A DNA stretch of 64,000 bases from Cenarchaeum sp. (GCA_965206845.1 OZ242221.1:864001-928000), one strand, 5' to 3'. Positions 19,463-30,152 are shown, counted from the first letter of the stretch. Program-made: numbers and translations. Notes: generated by a model from the sequence alone, not told the origin.

Positions 19463-20527
19463 GTGAAACAGCGAAGGGATCGGCTTCTCCGGTTCGCAGA
19501 GGAGATGGGCTGCAACGCCGTAGCGACCTTGGAGCCGGAGAACCTGTTCTACATGACCGGATTCTGGGGGGAGGCAGTGGGACTGCTAGAGGATGGCGGC
19601 CGCACCACGATTGTTGCCCCCGCCCTCGAGGCCGAAAGGGCCAGAGCCGAATCGGTCGACTGTGACGTGGTCGAGTCCGGACGGGGAGCCGAGATGATGT
19701 CGTACCTCACATCCAGGATTAAATCCGGCAGGGTGTGCGTTGACTGCCAGAACTACCACACGATGCAGTCGATAAAGAGGTCGGCTCCGGGGGTGGAGCC
19801 GTCGTCAGAACCCTTTCACAGCGCAAGGGTCGTAAAGGATTCGGCGGAGATTGCCACTCTTAAAAAAGCGTCGGGGATTATAGACGAGATGTTTGAGCTG
19901 TGCACGCAGAAGATAGGCCGCGGCCAGAAGGAGTCGGAGCTTCAGGCGAACCTGATGTCATATGCCGTATCGCGCCAGATGTTTGATACCGGGTACAGGT
20001 CCACCCTGAACCCGCTGATCATTGCGGGCGGTCCCAACGGCGCGCTGCCCCACGCACAGGTCACAGGGAGAAGGTTTGCCGAGGGCGATCTGATTGTGGT
20101 GGATCTTACCCTCAGGTACCGGGGGTACGTCTCTGATGCCACCCGGACGTTTGCGCTGGGGAGGATCTCCGATGATGCGGCCCGAGCGTATGATGCGGTC
20201 AGGGAGTCCCAGAGGCTGGGGCTGGAGGCTGCCAGGCCCGGCGCACGATGCAGCGAGGTGGATGGCGCCTGCCGCGACCACATCAACGGGGCAGGGTACG
20301 GCAAGTACTTTATCCACTCAACGGGACACGGAATAGGGCTGGACGTTCATGAGCGGCCCACCATATCCGGCGGCAGCGCCGCCGAGCTTGCAGAGGGCAT
20401 GGCGGTCACAGTCGAGCCGGGGGTGTACATTCCCGGCAGATTCGGTATAAGAATTGAGGATTCCATAATAGTGGGGGAACGGCAGGCCGTCATGCACGGC
20501 TTTACCAAGGAGCTGGTCGTGCTATAG
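19463..20527 (+). CDS. Xaa-Pro peptidase (M24B)
   Basis: GYVSDATRT, HSTGHGIGLDVHE, EPGVY and GIRIED motifs. Confidence 0.93.
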   Translation: MKQRRDRLLRFAEEMGCNAVATLEPENLFYMTGFWGEAVGLLEDGGRTTIVAPALEAERARAESVDCDVVESGRGAEMMSYLTSRIKSGRVCVDCQNYHTMQSIKRSAPGVEPSSEPFHSARVVKDSAEIATLKKASGIIDEMFELCTQKIGRGQKESELQANLMSYAVSRQMFDTGYRSTLNPLIIAGGPNGALPHAQVTGRRFAEGDLIVVDLTLRYRGYVSDATRTFALGRISDDAARAYDAVRESQRLGLEAARPGARCSEVDGACRDHINGAGYGKYFIHSTGHGIGLDVHERPTISGGSAAELAEGMAVTVEPGVYIPGRFGIRIEDSIIVGERQAVMHGFTKELVVL

Positions 20528-21352
20528 CCGCCTTGCGGTAAGCATCAGCACCTTCCACGGAAAGACAACCCTCCCGTCGCTCTCAAACCGCTTGACCCTT
20601 GCCGCCACGGCCCTTTTTATCTGCCTTCTCTTTCCTGCAGGGATCGAGTTAAGCTTTGCCCTGAGCGGTCCTGCCACATATCTGGTGTAGTTTCTCCAGT
20701 AGCAGTCCGCCGTCCCCGGGCTGTACTCAAAGATGCGCTCCCGGACTCTGATTCTGCCAAAGCCGGCACCGGTCACCACCGCCTTCAGGGCCTCCTCCGT
20801 CCCAAACCTGTCCATCTGCGGCGCCCCGGGAGGCAGATAGTCCGGAATGACCCGGATGATCTCGTCCAGGATGATCCTGTGGTACGGGACACTCTCTCCG
20901 GCGCCGTGCACCGTGACTGCCAGCGTGCCGCCCCTCTTCATCAGCCCCCTGATGTTTTGGAGGGCGCGCCCGGCATCCGGAAAGAAGAAGAGCGCAAACT
21001 GGCAGGTGACGACATCAAACTCCGCCTTAAGGCATGCGGTCTCTGCGTCGGCCACCACAAAATCCGCGCCGCTCCGTTTTTTTGCAATCCTGAGCGCCGA
21101 CAGGGAGGCGTCCAGGCCCACAGCCATGCCCCCCGGCCCGATGCCGCCACGCAGCATGTTGATCGCTGCACCTGTTCCGCATCCGACATCCAGGATCCGG
21201 CTGTCCTGTCCGATCTCCAGCATCTCTTGGAGCTCGCGCGTGCTCTGAAACGGCCCCACGCCGGGCCCCGCCCACCTCCTGTGGTATCTGGGCGCCAGCT
21301 CATTCCAGATGCCGATCAGCTGCTGCTTGTAGCGCACGTCCTGGCTAGGCAA
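20522..21352 (-). CDS. class I SAM-dependent methyltransferase
   Basis: ILDVGCGTG and FDVVTCQFALFF motifs. Confidence 0.9.
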   Translation of the reverse strand: MPSQDVRYKQQLIGIWNELAPRYHRRWAGPGVGPFQSTRELQEMLEIGQDSRILDVGCGTGAAINMLRGGIGPGGMAVGLDASLSALRIAKKRSGADFVVADAETACLKAEFDVVTCQFALFFFPDAGRALQNIRGLMKRGGTLAVTVHGAGESVPYHRIILDEIIRVIPDYLPPGAPQMDRFGTEEALKAVVTGAGFGRIRVRERIFEYSPGTADCYWRNYTRYVAGPLRAKLNSIPAGKRRQIKRAVAARVKRFESDGRVVFPWKVLMLTARRL

Positions 21353-22583
21353 TCCGCCGCTCTATCTCCCGCACTATAACGCCTGCTATCTCTTCCTTTG
21401 GCTTCCATCCAGAGGGGACGGCGGTATCAGAGTCAACTATTACCACCTCGTTGCATGCGGGATTCTGCCTGTACCTTTTGGTTCCTATGTCGTTTGCGAC
21501 CACAAAATCGGCCCCCGTCTCTGCGATCTTTCTTCTGGCCTCTGCCACCAGATCAGCTCTGGATACGCCAGCCTCGGCCTTGAATCCCACCAGAAGGGCA
21601 TCCCTCTGCAGGGCCCTTACCTGGTTGATCATCTTGGGCACCCTCCTCAGGGATATCTGCATGTCGGACTCTGAGCTCTTGATCTTTTTGCCGCTGGGGT
21701 TTTTGGGGGTATAGTCGGCAGCGGCCGCCGCCATTATTACAACATCAAACTTCTTCCCCAGCTCCCCCCCAAGCGCGTCTGCCATCTCCTGCGTCGTCCT
21801 GACTGGGATCACCCGGATCCCGGCCGGCGGGCTCTGGGATCCCGGGCCGTAGATCATGGTAACGCTGGCGCCAGCCGATACCAGCTCCCGGGCCACTGAT
21901 ACCCCGGTTCTGCCCGAGCTGGTATTGGTGATGACGCGCACGGGATCGATGTGTTCGACGGTGGGCCCAGCCGTCATGAGCACCCTCTTACCGGCAAGCA
22001 CGCCAGAGCGCCCAAACTTGCGCAGGACAAAGTCCAGCACGCCCTCGGGCTCCGGGGCCTTTGCCTTCCCCTCTGTCACGTTTGGCGATACAAAGGACAC
22101 CTCGTCCTTGAGAAAGAGGATGTTTCGCTTGACTGCCGCATTCTCATACATTGCCTCGTGCATCGCCAGGCACATTATGATCGGAATCTTTGCCCCAAGG
22201 CCCACCGTCAGAACCGCGGAGACCGGCGTGTCATCTATGCCGTTTGCCAGCTTGCCCAGCGTGTTTGCCGTTGCCGGATACACCACTATGGCGTCTGACC
22301 GCCCGTAGTCTGCCAGCTGCACATGCTCCAACTTGCCTGTGAGCTTTGTAACCACACCGTTTCCCGTAGCCCACTCAAAGTAGTCTGGCCGGATCAGGCT
22401 GGTTGCGGCCGGGCTTGCCACACAGGTGACATCGGCCCCGTGTCTCATAAGGAGCCTTGCCAGCTCGATGGCCTTGTAGGCGGCCACGCTTCCTGCCACG
22501 CATAGGACGATCCTTTTGCCTGCAAGCTCCGTGCCATGGGAACCCACAATGTCAAGAGACGGATGATCCCTTCCGGTCTTCAA
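21345..22583 (-). CDS. coaBC: phosphopantothenoylcysteine decarboxylase/ligase
   Basis: GSVAAYKA, PATANT, TAGPTVEHIDPVRVITNTSSG and GFKAE motifs. Confidence 0.95.
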   Translation of the reverse strand: MKTGRDHPSLDIVGSHGTELAGKRIVLCVAGSVAAYKAIELARLLMRHGADVTCVASPAATSLIRPDYFEWATGNGVVTKLTGKLEHVQLADYGRSDAIVVYPATANTLGKLANGIDDTPVSAVLTVGLGAKIPIIMCLAMHEAMYENAAVKRNILFLKDEVSFVSPNVTEGKAKAPEPEGVLDFVLRKFGRSGVLAGKRVLMTAGPTVEHIDPVRVITNTSSGRTGVSVARELVSAGASVTMIYGPGSQSPPAGIRVIPVRTTQEMADALGGELGKKFDVVIMAAAAADYTPKNPSGKKIKSSESDMQISLRRVPKMINQVRALQRDALLVGFKAEAGVSRADLVAEARRKIAETGADFVVANDIGTKRYRQNPACNEVVIVDSDTAVPSGWKPKEEIAGVIVREIERRIA

Positions 22584-23391
22584 ACTCGATCCCCTTCAAG
22601 AATTCCTTGGGTGTATCCGCGCTGCGCGCGGGGAATCTGGACTCCTTGACGTCGCAGACGTACTCCCTTACGGCATCACCGATCTCCTTGGACAGATTGC
22701 GATACCTCTTCACAAAGCTGAACTGCAGCTCATACATGCCGAGCATGTCCTGGATCACCAGCACCTGCCCGCTGCAGCCGGGACCGGAGCCGATCCCGAT
22801 GGTGGGGATGTTCGCCACATCCCTGGTAATCACCTCTGCCACATCATGCGAGACCATCTCAAGCACTATGCAGAAGGCGCCTGCCTGCTCCAGACTTCGG
22901 GCATCGCGGATCAGTCTTGCCGCAGACTCCTTTGTCCTTCCCTGCACCCTGTAACCCTGCGAGAGTGTGGTGGTCTGGGGCTGCAGTCCTATGTGTCCCA
23001 TTACAGGTATCCCCACACCCACTATGGATGATATGGTGTCTGCCATCTCGGAGCCGCCCTCCAGCTTTACCGCATCTGCTCCTGCCTTGATCAGTCTTCC
23101 GGAGTTTGCTATCGCGTCTGTTATGCTTGCCTGGTACGACATGAATGGGAGATCCGCTACTACCAGGGCGTCCCTTCTTGCGCGGCTTACCGCGGAGGTA
23201 AACAGACACATCTGGTCCATCGTAACGGGGATGGTGCTTTGATACCCCATCATCACCATCCCGGCGCTGTCACCCACCAGAAGCACGTCAATCCCGGCGC
23301 CGTCACAGAGGCGGGCCGTGGTGTAGTCGTAGCTGGTCAGCATGGTGATCTTCTCCTTCATCTTCAGTATGTCTGCCACCGTCTTATGCAA
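22552..23391 (-). CDS. panB: 3-methyl-2-oxobutanoate hydroxymethyltransferase
   Basis: MLTSYD, LLVGDS, VKLEGG and GHIGLQPQ motifs. Confidence 0.95.
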   Translation of the reverse strand: MHKTVADILKMKEKITMLTSYDYTTARLCDGAGIDVLLVGDSAGMVMMGYQSTIPVTMDQMCLFTSAVSRARRDALVVADLPFMSYQASITDAIANSGRLIKAGADAVKLEGGSEMADTISSIVGVGIPVMGHIGLQPQTTTLSQGYRVQGRTKESAARLIRDARSLEQAGAFCIVLEMVSHDVAEVITRDVANIPTIGIGSGPGCSGQVLVIQDMLGMYELQFSFVKRYRNLSKEIGDAVREYVCDVKESRFPARSADTPKEFLKGIEFEDRKGSSVS

Positions 23392-24148
23392 GACGGGCCC
23401 TCTCCCTCAGGTTGCTCTCCATATGTAACATAGCCTCAGAGAGCACCCGGCCATTGTCGTAGTCCCGTAGGATTCCCTCCAGCGACAGCCGATCCGCAGC
23501 CGAGAGATCCCGGCAGCGGTCTGCCAGGAGTCCCATTGCCCGTACCACGTTGTCCACTATTGTGATGTCCGCATCGCCGGCGGTTCTAGAGAACGGGTTG
23601 AGATCAAAGGCGACAACGGTCTTGCCTGCCGCCTTCAGGGCCCGGGTTCGGTCCCCATCCTCCAGCGGCACCACCACCAGATCCGCAGCCAGGATACCGC
23701 CCGTGTCGGCCACCCTCCGGGCCGAGTCGATGCCGGGAAGGCTTCCCCGTGACGCAGGATCAAGCCCCAGCACCGTGTCAGAGCCGCACTCCTTTAGCAC
23801 CCGCGCGATGCTTCTCCTCCTCTCCTCGGAGGCATAAAACAGATTCACCTCGATCATCGAGCCTGATGACCGGGCAAGCCGCAGCATCTCCTGCGGGCAC
23901 AGGGCCGCCGTGTTTCCGTTGACCGAGATCACCGGCGAGGCCGCAAGAAGCATTGCCGCAGCCGCCGCCCGTATCGCCCGCCTCGCAAACCCCGCGGTCT
24001 GCTCCCCCAGAAGGTAGTCAAATGCCTCGCCCCGGCCGTGGGCCAGGAGTCCCTCCCTAGCGACCAGGCCGGCGCTGTATCCGTCCACCAGCAGCTCCCT
24101 TATCCGCAGGGACTCCGCCCGCGGGTGACTTGCAGGCACCACGGACAA
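23384..24148 (-). CDS. phosphopantothenate synthetase (archaeal PPS)
   Basis: HPRAESL, AHGRGEAFDYLLGE, SVNGN and PLEDGDR motifs. Confidence 0.93.
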   Translation of the reverse strand: MSVVPASHPRAESLRIRELLVDGYSAGLVAREGLLAHGRGEAFDYLLGEQTAGFARRAIRAAAAAMLLAASPVISVNGNTAALCPQEMLRLARSSGSMIEVNLFYASEERRRSIARVLKECGSDTVLGLDPASRGSLPGIDSARRVADTGGILAADLVVVPLEDGDRTRALKAAGKTVVAFDLNPFSRTAGDADITIVDNVVRAMGLLADRCRDLSAADRLSLEGILRDYDNGRVLSEAMLHMESNLRERARLA

Positions 24149-24151
24149 GTA

Positions 24152-25060
24152 TCACGCACCCCCCGGCTCTCTTAATCTGGCCCCGGAGTTGTCCACCCCG
24201 GATCGGATGATTATGGCATCCCCGTACCCCCGGAGCACGTCCAGAACCTTCTGCTCCGTCTCCGAATCAACCAGCGCGAATATGGTCTCCCCAAACAGCG
24301 CCACGCCGCAGCCGATTCCGTTCCGGCGCAGCTCATCTGACACGGACTCCATCCTGGGTGTCATCACGTTGATGTGTCTTGCAAACTCCATTGACATGTC
24401 CTGAAAGTCGGCGCGATCCCGGGTTCTGATCAGCCGATCCACCATCCTGCCGCCAAGACCGTTTATCGTCTCAAGTTTCTCCGCGATGAACCGCCTTGTG
24501 GAGATGGGCGAGAAGCAGATCAGGACGACGCGGGAGTCAAGAACCGTCTTCTTCAGCGCTCCAACCCCAGGGGCACCTGCCCTTGTCCTGATCTCAAACC
24601 CCCCGTGGTACGAGGCAATCACGTCCCCCAGTCCCGTCCTACAGCGGACTTCGGCGCCGTGGGCAATCTTGCCCACATCCTCCCTTGGCAGATTCAGGCC
24701 CAGCGCCTTGTTTAGCGCAAAAGCAAGCGACAGCGCGGCGGCCCCGCTGGAGCCAAGCCCGTATCCTACGGGAACGGAGATCTCATGGTGTATGAACGCG
24801 CGATATCCCCGGCGGCAGCGCTCAAGAAGAGCCCTTGCCACAAACTCTGATACCCCGGTGTCGCCCGACCTGTACCCTCCGGTGGTAATCACAAACTCCG
24901 GAGCTGGCGCTGGTTCCACCCTTACCGTAGTGGTGACCCCGTCCTGAATCGAGAATCCTGCACCTAGGGTTCCAGCTCTGTCCGGCTCCGCGTCACACCC
25001 ATCCACGGCCGCTTTGAAGAAACCGGTAATGTGCGCGGGGCAAAAGGCTACGGTTTTCAT
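24152..25060 (-). CDS. pantoate kinase (GHMP family)
   Basis: PAHITGFF, PVGYGLGSSG and GLGDV motifs; heads the CoA operon. Confidence 0.92.
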   Translation of the reverse strand: MKTVAFCPAHITGFFKAAVDGCDAEPDRAGTLGAGFSIQDGVTTTVRVEPAPAPEFVITTGGYRSGDTGVSEFVARALLERCRRGYRAFIHHEISVPVGYGLGSSGAAALSLAFALNKALGLNLPREDVGKIAHGAEVRCRTGLGDVIASYHGGFEIRTRAGAPGVGALKKTVLDSRVVLICFSPISTRRFIAEKLETINGLGGRMVDRLIRTRDRADFQDMSMEFARHINVMTPRMESVSDELRRNGIGCGVALFGETIFALVDSETEQKVLDVLRGYGDAIIIRSGVDNSGARLREPGGA

Positions 25061-25123
25061 CTGCCTATTTAAATTCAGAGAAAAATATAAAAATATGGCT
25101 TAAATAATTTAAAGAAGTTTAAA

Positions 25124-26110
25124 TTGACTAAATACACCAGGCGCCTTCAGAGAATAGGAAACAGCATCCTAGTCTCCCTCCCCAAACAGTGGATCGATGA
25201 AAACGAGCTGGCAAAGGGCGACGAGGTGCAGATCGAGGTCGGCCAGAACACCCTCACCATCACGATCGGCAACGAGATGCGCCCGACAAAGGATGTGACC
25301 ATATCCTATCCGCTGCCAGAGGAGGAGAATATAGTGGCCAATATCACGGGGGCCTATCTTCTGGGGTATGACCTGATCCATATCAGGCGCGTCAAGTCCA
25401 TTCCGATACAGGACAGGCAGAACATAAGGGACTCGATCAGGAAGCTGGTGGGAATGGAGATAGTCGAGGAGGAGGCATCCACCATCTCCGCCCAATTCCT
25501 GCTGGACGCGGCCACGCTGAATCCCCAAAGGATACTCAAGAGGATGAGCGCCATAGTTCTCGGGATGTTTGGTGATGTGCTGGACGCGCTCGTCTCCAAG
25601 GACCGGAGCAACCTGCAGACCCTCTCCAGCAGGGACGATGAGGTCAACAGGCAGTACTTTCTGCTGGTGCGGCTTATTCGAAACGCAATCACCGATAAGA
25701 GGCTTGCCAATGCGTTCAACCTGGAGAACATCAATGTGATGGATTACCGCATAGCCGCAAACATACTGGAAGGAACGGGCGACACGATAGTGGAGCTGGC
25801 AGGCGCACTTCTGAAGACATCCGTCGGGAGCGACGAGCTTGGGAGGATCCACGCAGTGGTAAGGGGCCTTCCGCAGATAGAGGAGTGGGCCATAGAAGCG
25901 TTTGTGAACAACGACAGGAGGCGGGCCATAGAAGCCATTACGCTCCATAAGAGAAGCCAGGACAGGATAACCGCCATGAGAAACTCGCTGCAGGATGGGA
26001 GCCAGGTACCGATCGACTTTCTTGACATACTCTACATGTTTGACAGGGTGGAGAGATCCTGGGCGGACATTGCGGATCTGGTCAAGCCGGTCTACGGCAG
26101 GTCAGACTAG
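25124..26110 (+). CDS. AbrB-PhoU phosphate uptake regulator
   Basis: RRLQRIGNSILVSLPKQW AbrB domain plus two PhoU repeats (DDEVNR, ERSWADI). Confidence 0.88.
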   Translation: MTKYTRRLQRIGNSILVSLPKQWIDENELAKGDEVQIEVGQNTLTITIGNEMRPTKDVTISYPLPEEENIVANITGAYLLGYDLIHIRRVKSIPIQDRQNIRDSIRKLVGMEIVEEEASTISAQFLLDAATLNPQRILKRMSAIVLGMFGDVLDALVSKDRSNLQTLSSRDDEVNRQYFLLVRLIRNAITDKRLANAFNLENINVMDYRIAANILEGTGDTIVELAGALLKTSVGSDELGRIHAVVRGLPQIEEWAIEAFVNNDRRRAIEAITLHKRSQDRITAMRNSLQDGSQVPIDFLDILYMFDRVERSWADIADLVKPVYGRSD

Positions 26111-26614
26111 CCCGTTCTTTGCCGCGTATACCATGACGGCGCATATGGTCTTTGAGTCCTGTATCTTTCCCTGTGTGATCATCCCGATGAGCTCCCCGAT
26201 ATCCATCTTTACCACCGTGATGAACTCGTCGTCGCCGGGATCCGCCTCGGCCACCTTCTTGAGGCCGGAGGCCACATAGCAGTGGATCAGCTCGGTGCTG
26301 TATCCTATGGAGGGATAGTATGAGAGCAGCGGGATCATCTCCTTTGCTCGGTATCCGGTCTCCTCGACCATCTCCCGGTGCGCGCACTCGACGGGATCTT
26401 CGCCGCGCTCTATGGTGCCTGCAGGAATCTCCAGCACGTATCCGTGCGGGTACCTGTGCTGCCTCACCAGGACCACCCTGCCGTTCTCATCAAATCCCAG
26501 CATGGCGGCAGCCCCACCATGCTCCACCATCTCCCGAACCGTGCTTCTTCCCTCTATCTTGACATGGTGTTTGCTGAGGCTCAGTATCTTTCCAGAGTAA
26601 ATCTCCTCCCTCAT
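26102..26614 (-). CDS. NUDIX hydrolase (ADP-ribose pyrophosphatase-like)
   Basis: PAGTIERGEDPVECAHREMVEETG Nudix box. Confidence 0.92.
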   Translation of the reverse strand: MREEIYSGKILSLSKHHVKIEGRSTVREMVEHGGAAAMLGFDENGRVVLVRQHRYPHGYVLEIPAGTIERGEDPVECAHREMVEETGYRAKEMIPLLSYYPSIGYSTELIHCYVASGLKKVAEADPGDDEFITVVKMDIGELIGMITQGKIQDSKTICAVMVYAAKNGLV

Positions 26615-26832
26615 GTACCTGTACAGGGTGTGCGCTGGTGTTTTATTGGTTTGGCCGGGCCGGAGGTTCTAGCTGCCCGCCCGCCGCGCGTCATCACACA
26701 TTTTAAGACGGTGCCATAACTATGCACATGGCAGAGCCATGTTCCTGCAAGTGTCATTTTGGCGGGGCGGTAAGCTGTCCCGGCTGCAAGGCAGAGCATG
26801 ACGGGGCCTTCAGGTGCGAGCACTGCAAGTAG

Positions 26833-27306
26833 CTATCGCCCAGATGCAAGCGCCTTGAGGTTTGTCAGCTCGGTCTTTAGCGACTCGATCTGAACCCTGG
26901 TCTCAAGGTTTGCGATCTCTGCCTTGAGGTGCTCTATCTCTGAGTCCTTTATCTTAACCGTGGCTCTCAGTTGGTCCAGCTCGTTGTTCAGCTCGATCTT
27001 TGCCTCGCTTATCTCGGCATCGTTTGCCGCGCTTCCATCGGCCTTGAAGACCTGGACGACCTGGCCCTCGTTGGTTGCGCTCTTCTCCCCATGCCCGGCT
27101 TGTGCATGTTCCCAAGCCTTCATGTAGTCGGCGCTCTTCTGCGAGAACCAGCACGCAAAGGTCAGAAACCACGTTATGGTCACCGCCATTATGAAGATAA
27201 AGTTGAGTACCGGGGCAAATCCCATGAACCATGGCCATAGCCCGGTCAGAACCGCGGCAAACGCACCTGTTGCGACGGTGGCTAGCTGGTTTCCCAGGTA
27301 TCCCAT
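26833..27306 (-). CDS. hypothetical protein, two TM helices plus C-terminal coiled coil
   Basis: Hydrophobic N-terminus, heptad-rich C-terminus, TATA-like site upstream. Confidence 0.75.
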   Translation of the reverse strand: MGYLGNQLATVATGAFAAVLTGLWPWFMGFAPVLNFIFIMAVTITWFLTFACWFSQKSADYMKAWEHAQAGHGEKSATNEGQVVQVFKADGSAANDAEISEAKIELNNELDQLRATVKIKDSEIEHLKAEIANLETRVQIESLKTELTNLKALASGR

Positions 27307-27587
27307 GACACTGATAGAAATTTCTGGTTTATAATAGTAATGGCATCAGGCGGGGGTATATGCTCAGATCCAAGGTCTGTCTAGGCACAAAAATACATGA
27401 CACCATGCAAAACCACGTTTAGCATTGAACGGGATCAGGGTATGTACAGGCGGGGTTTTGCCCCACGTACACACGGCATCCGGCCCGCGTAGGAGGCGCA
27501 TGCGTGTCTACCGATACGGCTCCTGCCCTTCAGCAGCTGTCGCTGTCATTTGAGAAATGGTAAAAAGAAGAGGGGGAAACCGTCTGA

Positions 27588-27803
27588 TCATTCGCTGTCT
27601 GATCTTTGGGTTTCGGATTGTAAAATTTTGATCTTTTCCATCAGCTCGTTTCGTAGATCGCTTGCCACTCTTCTCACTGTTGGTCTTGGCACATCAAGAT
27701 CGTCAACGATCTTGCTGTATATCTCCTGCTTGCTGGTCAGACCCTGGTCAATATAGGAGTTGATTGCCTCTTTGATAACGGCGCTTTGATTCGTTCGGAT
27801 CAT
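27588..27803 (-). CDS. small conserved hypothetical protein (HTH-like)
   Basis: SKQEIYSKIVDDLDVPRPTVRRVASDLR helix-turn-helix pattern. Confidence 0.7.
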   Translation of the reverse strand: MIRTNQSAVIKEAINSYIDQGLTSKQEIYSKIVDDLDVPRPTVRRVASDLRNELMEKIKILQSETQRSDSE

Positions 27804-27856
27804 AGTTTCAAGTTTCTAATTGTTATATATAAGATTATTACTGCTGATTTGGTACG

Positions 27857-28924
27857 TGTAGTATATGAAAATCATGTCGCCCTCTGTCTGGGCCGTCAGT
27901 CATTGATATCTGCCTCCATCCATCTGGAATTTTGCTGTCTTATCTCGTCGATCGCCCTCTTGTTGCGGAACGCCATCAGCGGCGTCTCGTAGTTGTCGAT
28001 GTCCAGTGAAAAGTGCAGTCTGTCGGTGTTGTAGTACTCGACATAGTCGTCCAGACCACCGTAGTGCCATATTTCCTCCTCGATGCTCCTGTGAAACCTC
28101 TCTAGTTTTCCGTTGGTCTGCGGGTGATATGGTCTTGAGTTGATCAGCTCTATGTTGCGGTTCAGCAGCTCGTTATCAAAGAGGGTCGGAGTCCAGGTGC
28201 CTGTCTGCTTCTTGTGGCCGCCCCTGCCGACGAAGCACGAGCCGTTGTCGGACAGGACAGTCGCCGGCACGCCGAACCTGCCGACGGCCTGTCGGAGCAC
28301 CGCCACCGCGTTCTCTGAGGTGGCCTCCTTGAACAATGCCGCGCCCGTAACGCATCTGGAGGCATCATCAAGATACGTGATCAGGTTCAGATCCTTCATG
28401 CGCGGATCCTTCATCACATGCCAGTCAGTATGCCACATGGCATTCGAGTACAGGCGCTCGTACCTGACCCACTTGCGCCTCCTCGACTTTGCCGGAGAGT
28501 CGACGACCAGGCCGTTGGACTTCATTATCTGGTATACGCGAGAGTAGCTTATATCGTGTCCCTCCTTCCGAAGCCTCCTGGCTGTCCGTAGCACACCCTC
28601 CGGCTTGCGCCCGTGAACGTCTAATACCATATTGATTTCTTCGTTGGACGGTGGGAGATCTGCCGGCCGCCCTGCAGGCTGCTGGACATGGATCGAACCG
28701 ATCCCGTTGAATTCGGCCCACAGTCGCTGCACATGCCTCTGGGTGGCGTTGATCTCTTCTGCGACCACCTTGGTGTCTTTGCCCTTCTCCAGCTGCCTGA
28801 CGGCGTATCGGATGGCCTTGTTGGTCAGGCGTGTTGGCATGGGGTGCCTGGACTTGTGTAGTGTAAAATACTCTTGGGCAGTACGCCGGACTCTTGGCGC
28901 GCGACATAATTTCTGTACAATAGA
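27857..28924 (-). mobile_element. complete IS481-family element
   Basis: Imperfect 24-bp TIRs (TGTAGTATATGAAAATCATGTCGC versus TCTATTGTACAGAAATTATGTCGC); flanking direct repeat CTGCTGATTTGGTACG at 27841-27856 and 28925-28940. Confidence 0.9.
27896..28840 (-). CDS. IS481 transposase (HTH + rve integrase core)
   Basis: WHTDW, LSDNG and PQTNGKLERFH; DDE triad intact. Confidence 0.92.
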   Translation of the reverse strand: MPTRLTNKAIRYAVRQLEKGKDTKVVAEEINATQRHVQRLWAEFNGIGSIHVQQPAGRPADLPPSNEEINMVLDVHGRKPEGVLRTARRLRKEGHDISYSRVYQIMKSNGLVVDSPAKSRRRKWVRYERLYSNAMWHTDWHVMKDPRMKDLNLITYLDDASRCVTGAALFKEATSENAVAVLRQAVGRFGVPATVLSDNGSCFVGRGGHKKQTGTWTPTLFDNELLNRNIELINSRPYHPQTNGKLERFHRSIEEEIWHYGGLDDYVEYYNTDRLHFSLDIDNYETPLMAFRNKRAIDEIRQQNSRWMEADIND

Positions 28925-29153
28925 CTGCTGATTTGGTACGGGAGGAGCCCGCCATTCTGGCAGTCCCGTATGGCCGGGTCCCGTACGCGGAGTGCGCTGC
29001 GCCCGCCGACGCGCGGTCTGCAACCCTGCCGGCACGGGACTGCACCCGAGCGCGCTACGTGTGCTCTAGGGGCAATCAGGCGTGATCCTGCCGCAGGTAA
29101 GAGCGCGGTATCCCTTTAAAGTAAATGAAAAAGAAAGTAGTTAGTGAACCCTA

Positions 29154-29453
29154 CTAATCGATTAGTTCTGTCCAACCTTTTGTGAAGACGGAGTTTCTGT
29201 AGAGTGGGACTGGCTGTCCAACGGTAAAGTCCATTGGCCTCATCCAGAAGATTGCCTTCGTCGGGCATACACCGATGCATGCACCATCAGAGATGCATCT
29301 CTCGGGGTAAAAGACGAATGCTTTCCCTCTCTTCCAGCCTTCAACTGGTTTTACTCTCAGTACGTCAGGTCCCAGTGTTGTGCATATCTCAACGCATAGA
29401 GCGCATCCGATACACATCTGTTCGCTGATGTCCGGTAAAATTGCTACTGGCAT
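29154..29453 (-). CDS. 4Fe-4S dicluster ferredoxin
   Basis: CIGCALCVEIC and CISDGACIGVCP. Confidence 0.93.
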   Translation of the reverse strand: MPVAILPDISEQMCIGCALCVEICTTLGPDVLRVKPVEGWKRGKAFVFYPERCISDGACIGVCPTKAIFWMRPMDFTVGQPVPLYRNSVFTKGWTELID

Positions 29454-29526
29454 TTCAATCTAAGTCTGTGCTTGATCTTAATATAATTTACTTAAAATGA
29501 CCAGATTATAACGGTGTTTGAAAATT

Positions 29527-30123
29527 TTATAACGGTGTTTGGAACCGGAGCCCGACCACCGACACGGATGTCTTCACAGAGAGATCGTTTCGCAACAGAT
29601 CCGCTGTGATTCCCTTCTGTGAGCCCTTCAGGTTGATTATGCACATTTTGCTGATCTGCATCAGTGGAATGTTCAGCGGAGACAGGGTCAGATCCCGATC
29701 CATTGTCAACATGCAGGAGCAGACCACCCTGGATCCTGACTGCCCTGCCATGGCAGCCAGCATCATGACGTAGGAGTTCGGCATTCGGCCCGAGTCTCCC
29801 ATGCCAGGCAGGCTGTAAAGACCGTTCAGTGAGTCCACGATTACCAGGCATCTGTTCTGCGAGACTGTCCGGTATGTCCTTGCAAGCATATCTACCAAGT
29901 TCCCTGCACATACCTGCTGGAGAACCGTGCCTGGCCTCTGGGATATGACGCCCGTCTTCACATATCCGCTGTACAGAAGATCAAAGTCCAGATAGATTAC
30001 GGACGGGTGTGTCTTGGTCAGCTCTTCTAGGAACATCTGTTTTAGAAAGGGATCCCGGGCACACACCAGATTTAGTGTCTCTTTGCTGATGAGGTCTGCT
30101 ACGCCCTCACCATTTTTAACCAA
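29527..30123 (-). CDS. hypothetical protein (degenerate RecA/KaiC-like fold)
   Basis: VIYLDFD and LVIVDSLNG Walker-B-like strands; no Walker A. Confidence 0.65.
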   Translation of the reverse strand: MVKNGEGVADLISKETLNLVCARDPFLKQMFLEELTKTHPSVIYLDFDLLYSGYVKTGVISQRPGTVLQQVCAGNLVDMLARTYRTVSQNRCLVIVDSLNGLYSLPGMGDSGRMPNSYVMMLAAMAGQSGSRVVCSCMLTMDRDLTLSPLNIPLMQISKMCIINLKGSQKGITADLLRNDLSVKTSVSVVGLRFQTPL

Positions 30124-30152
30124 CAGAGGAACAGGCCTGTTCTGGTATAATA

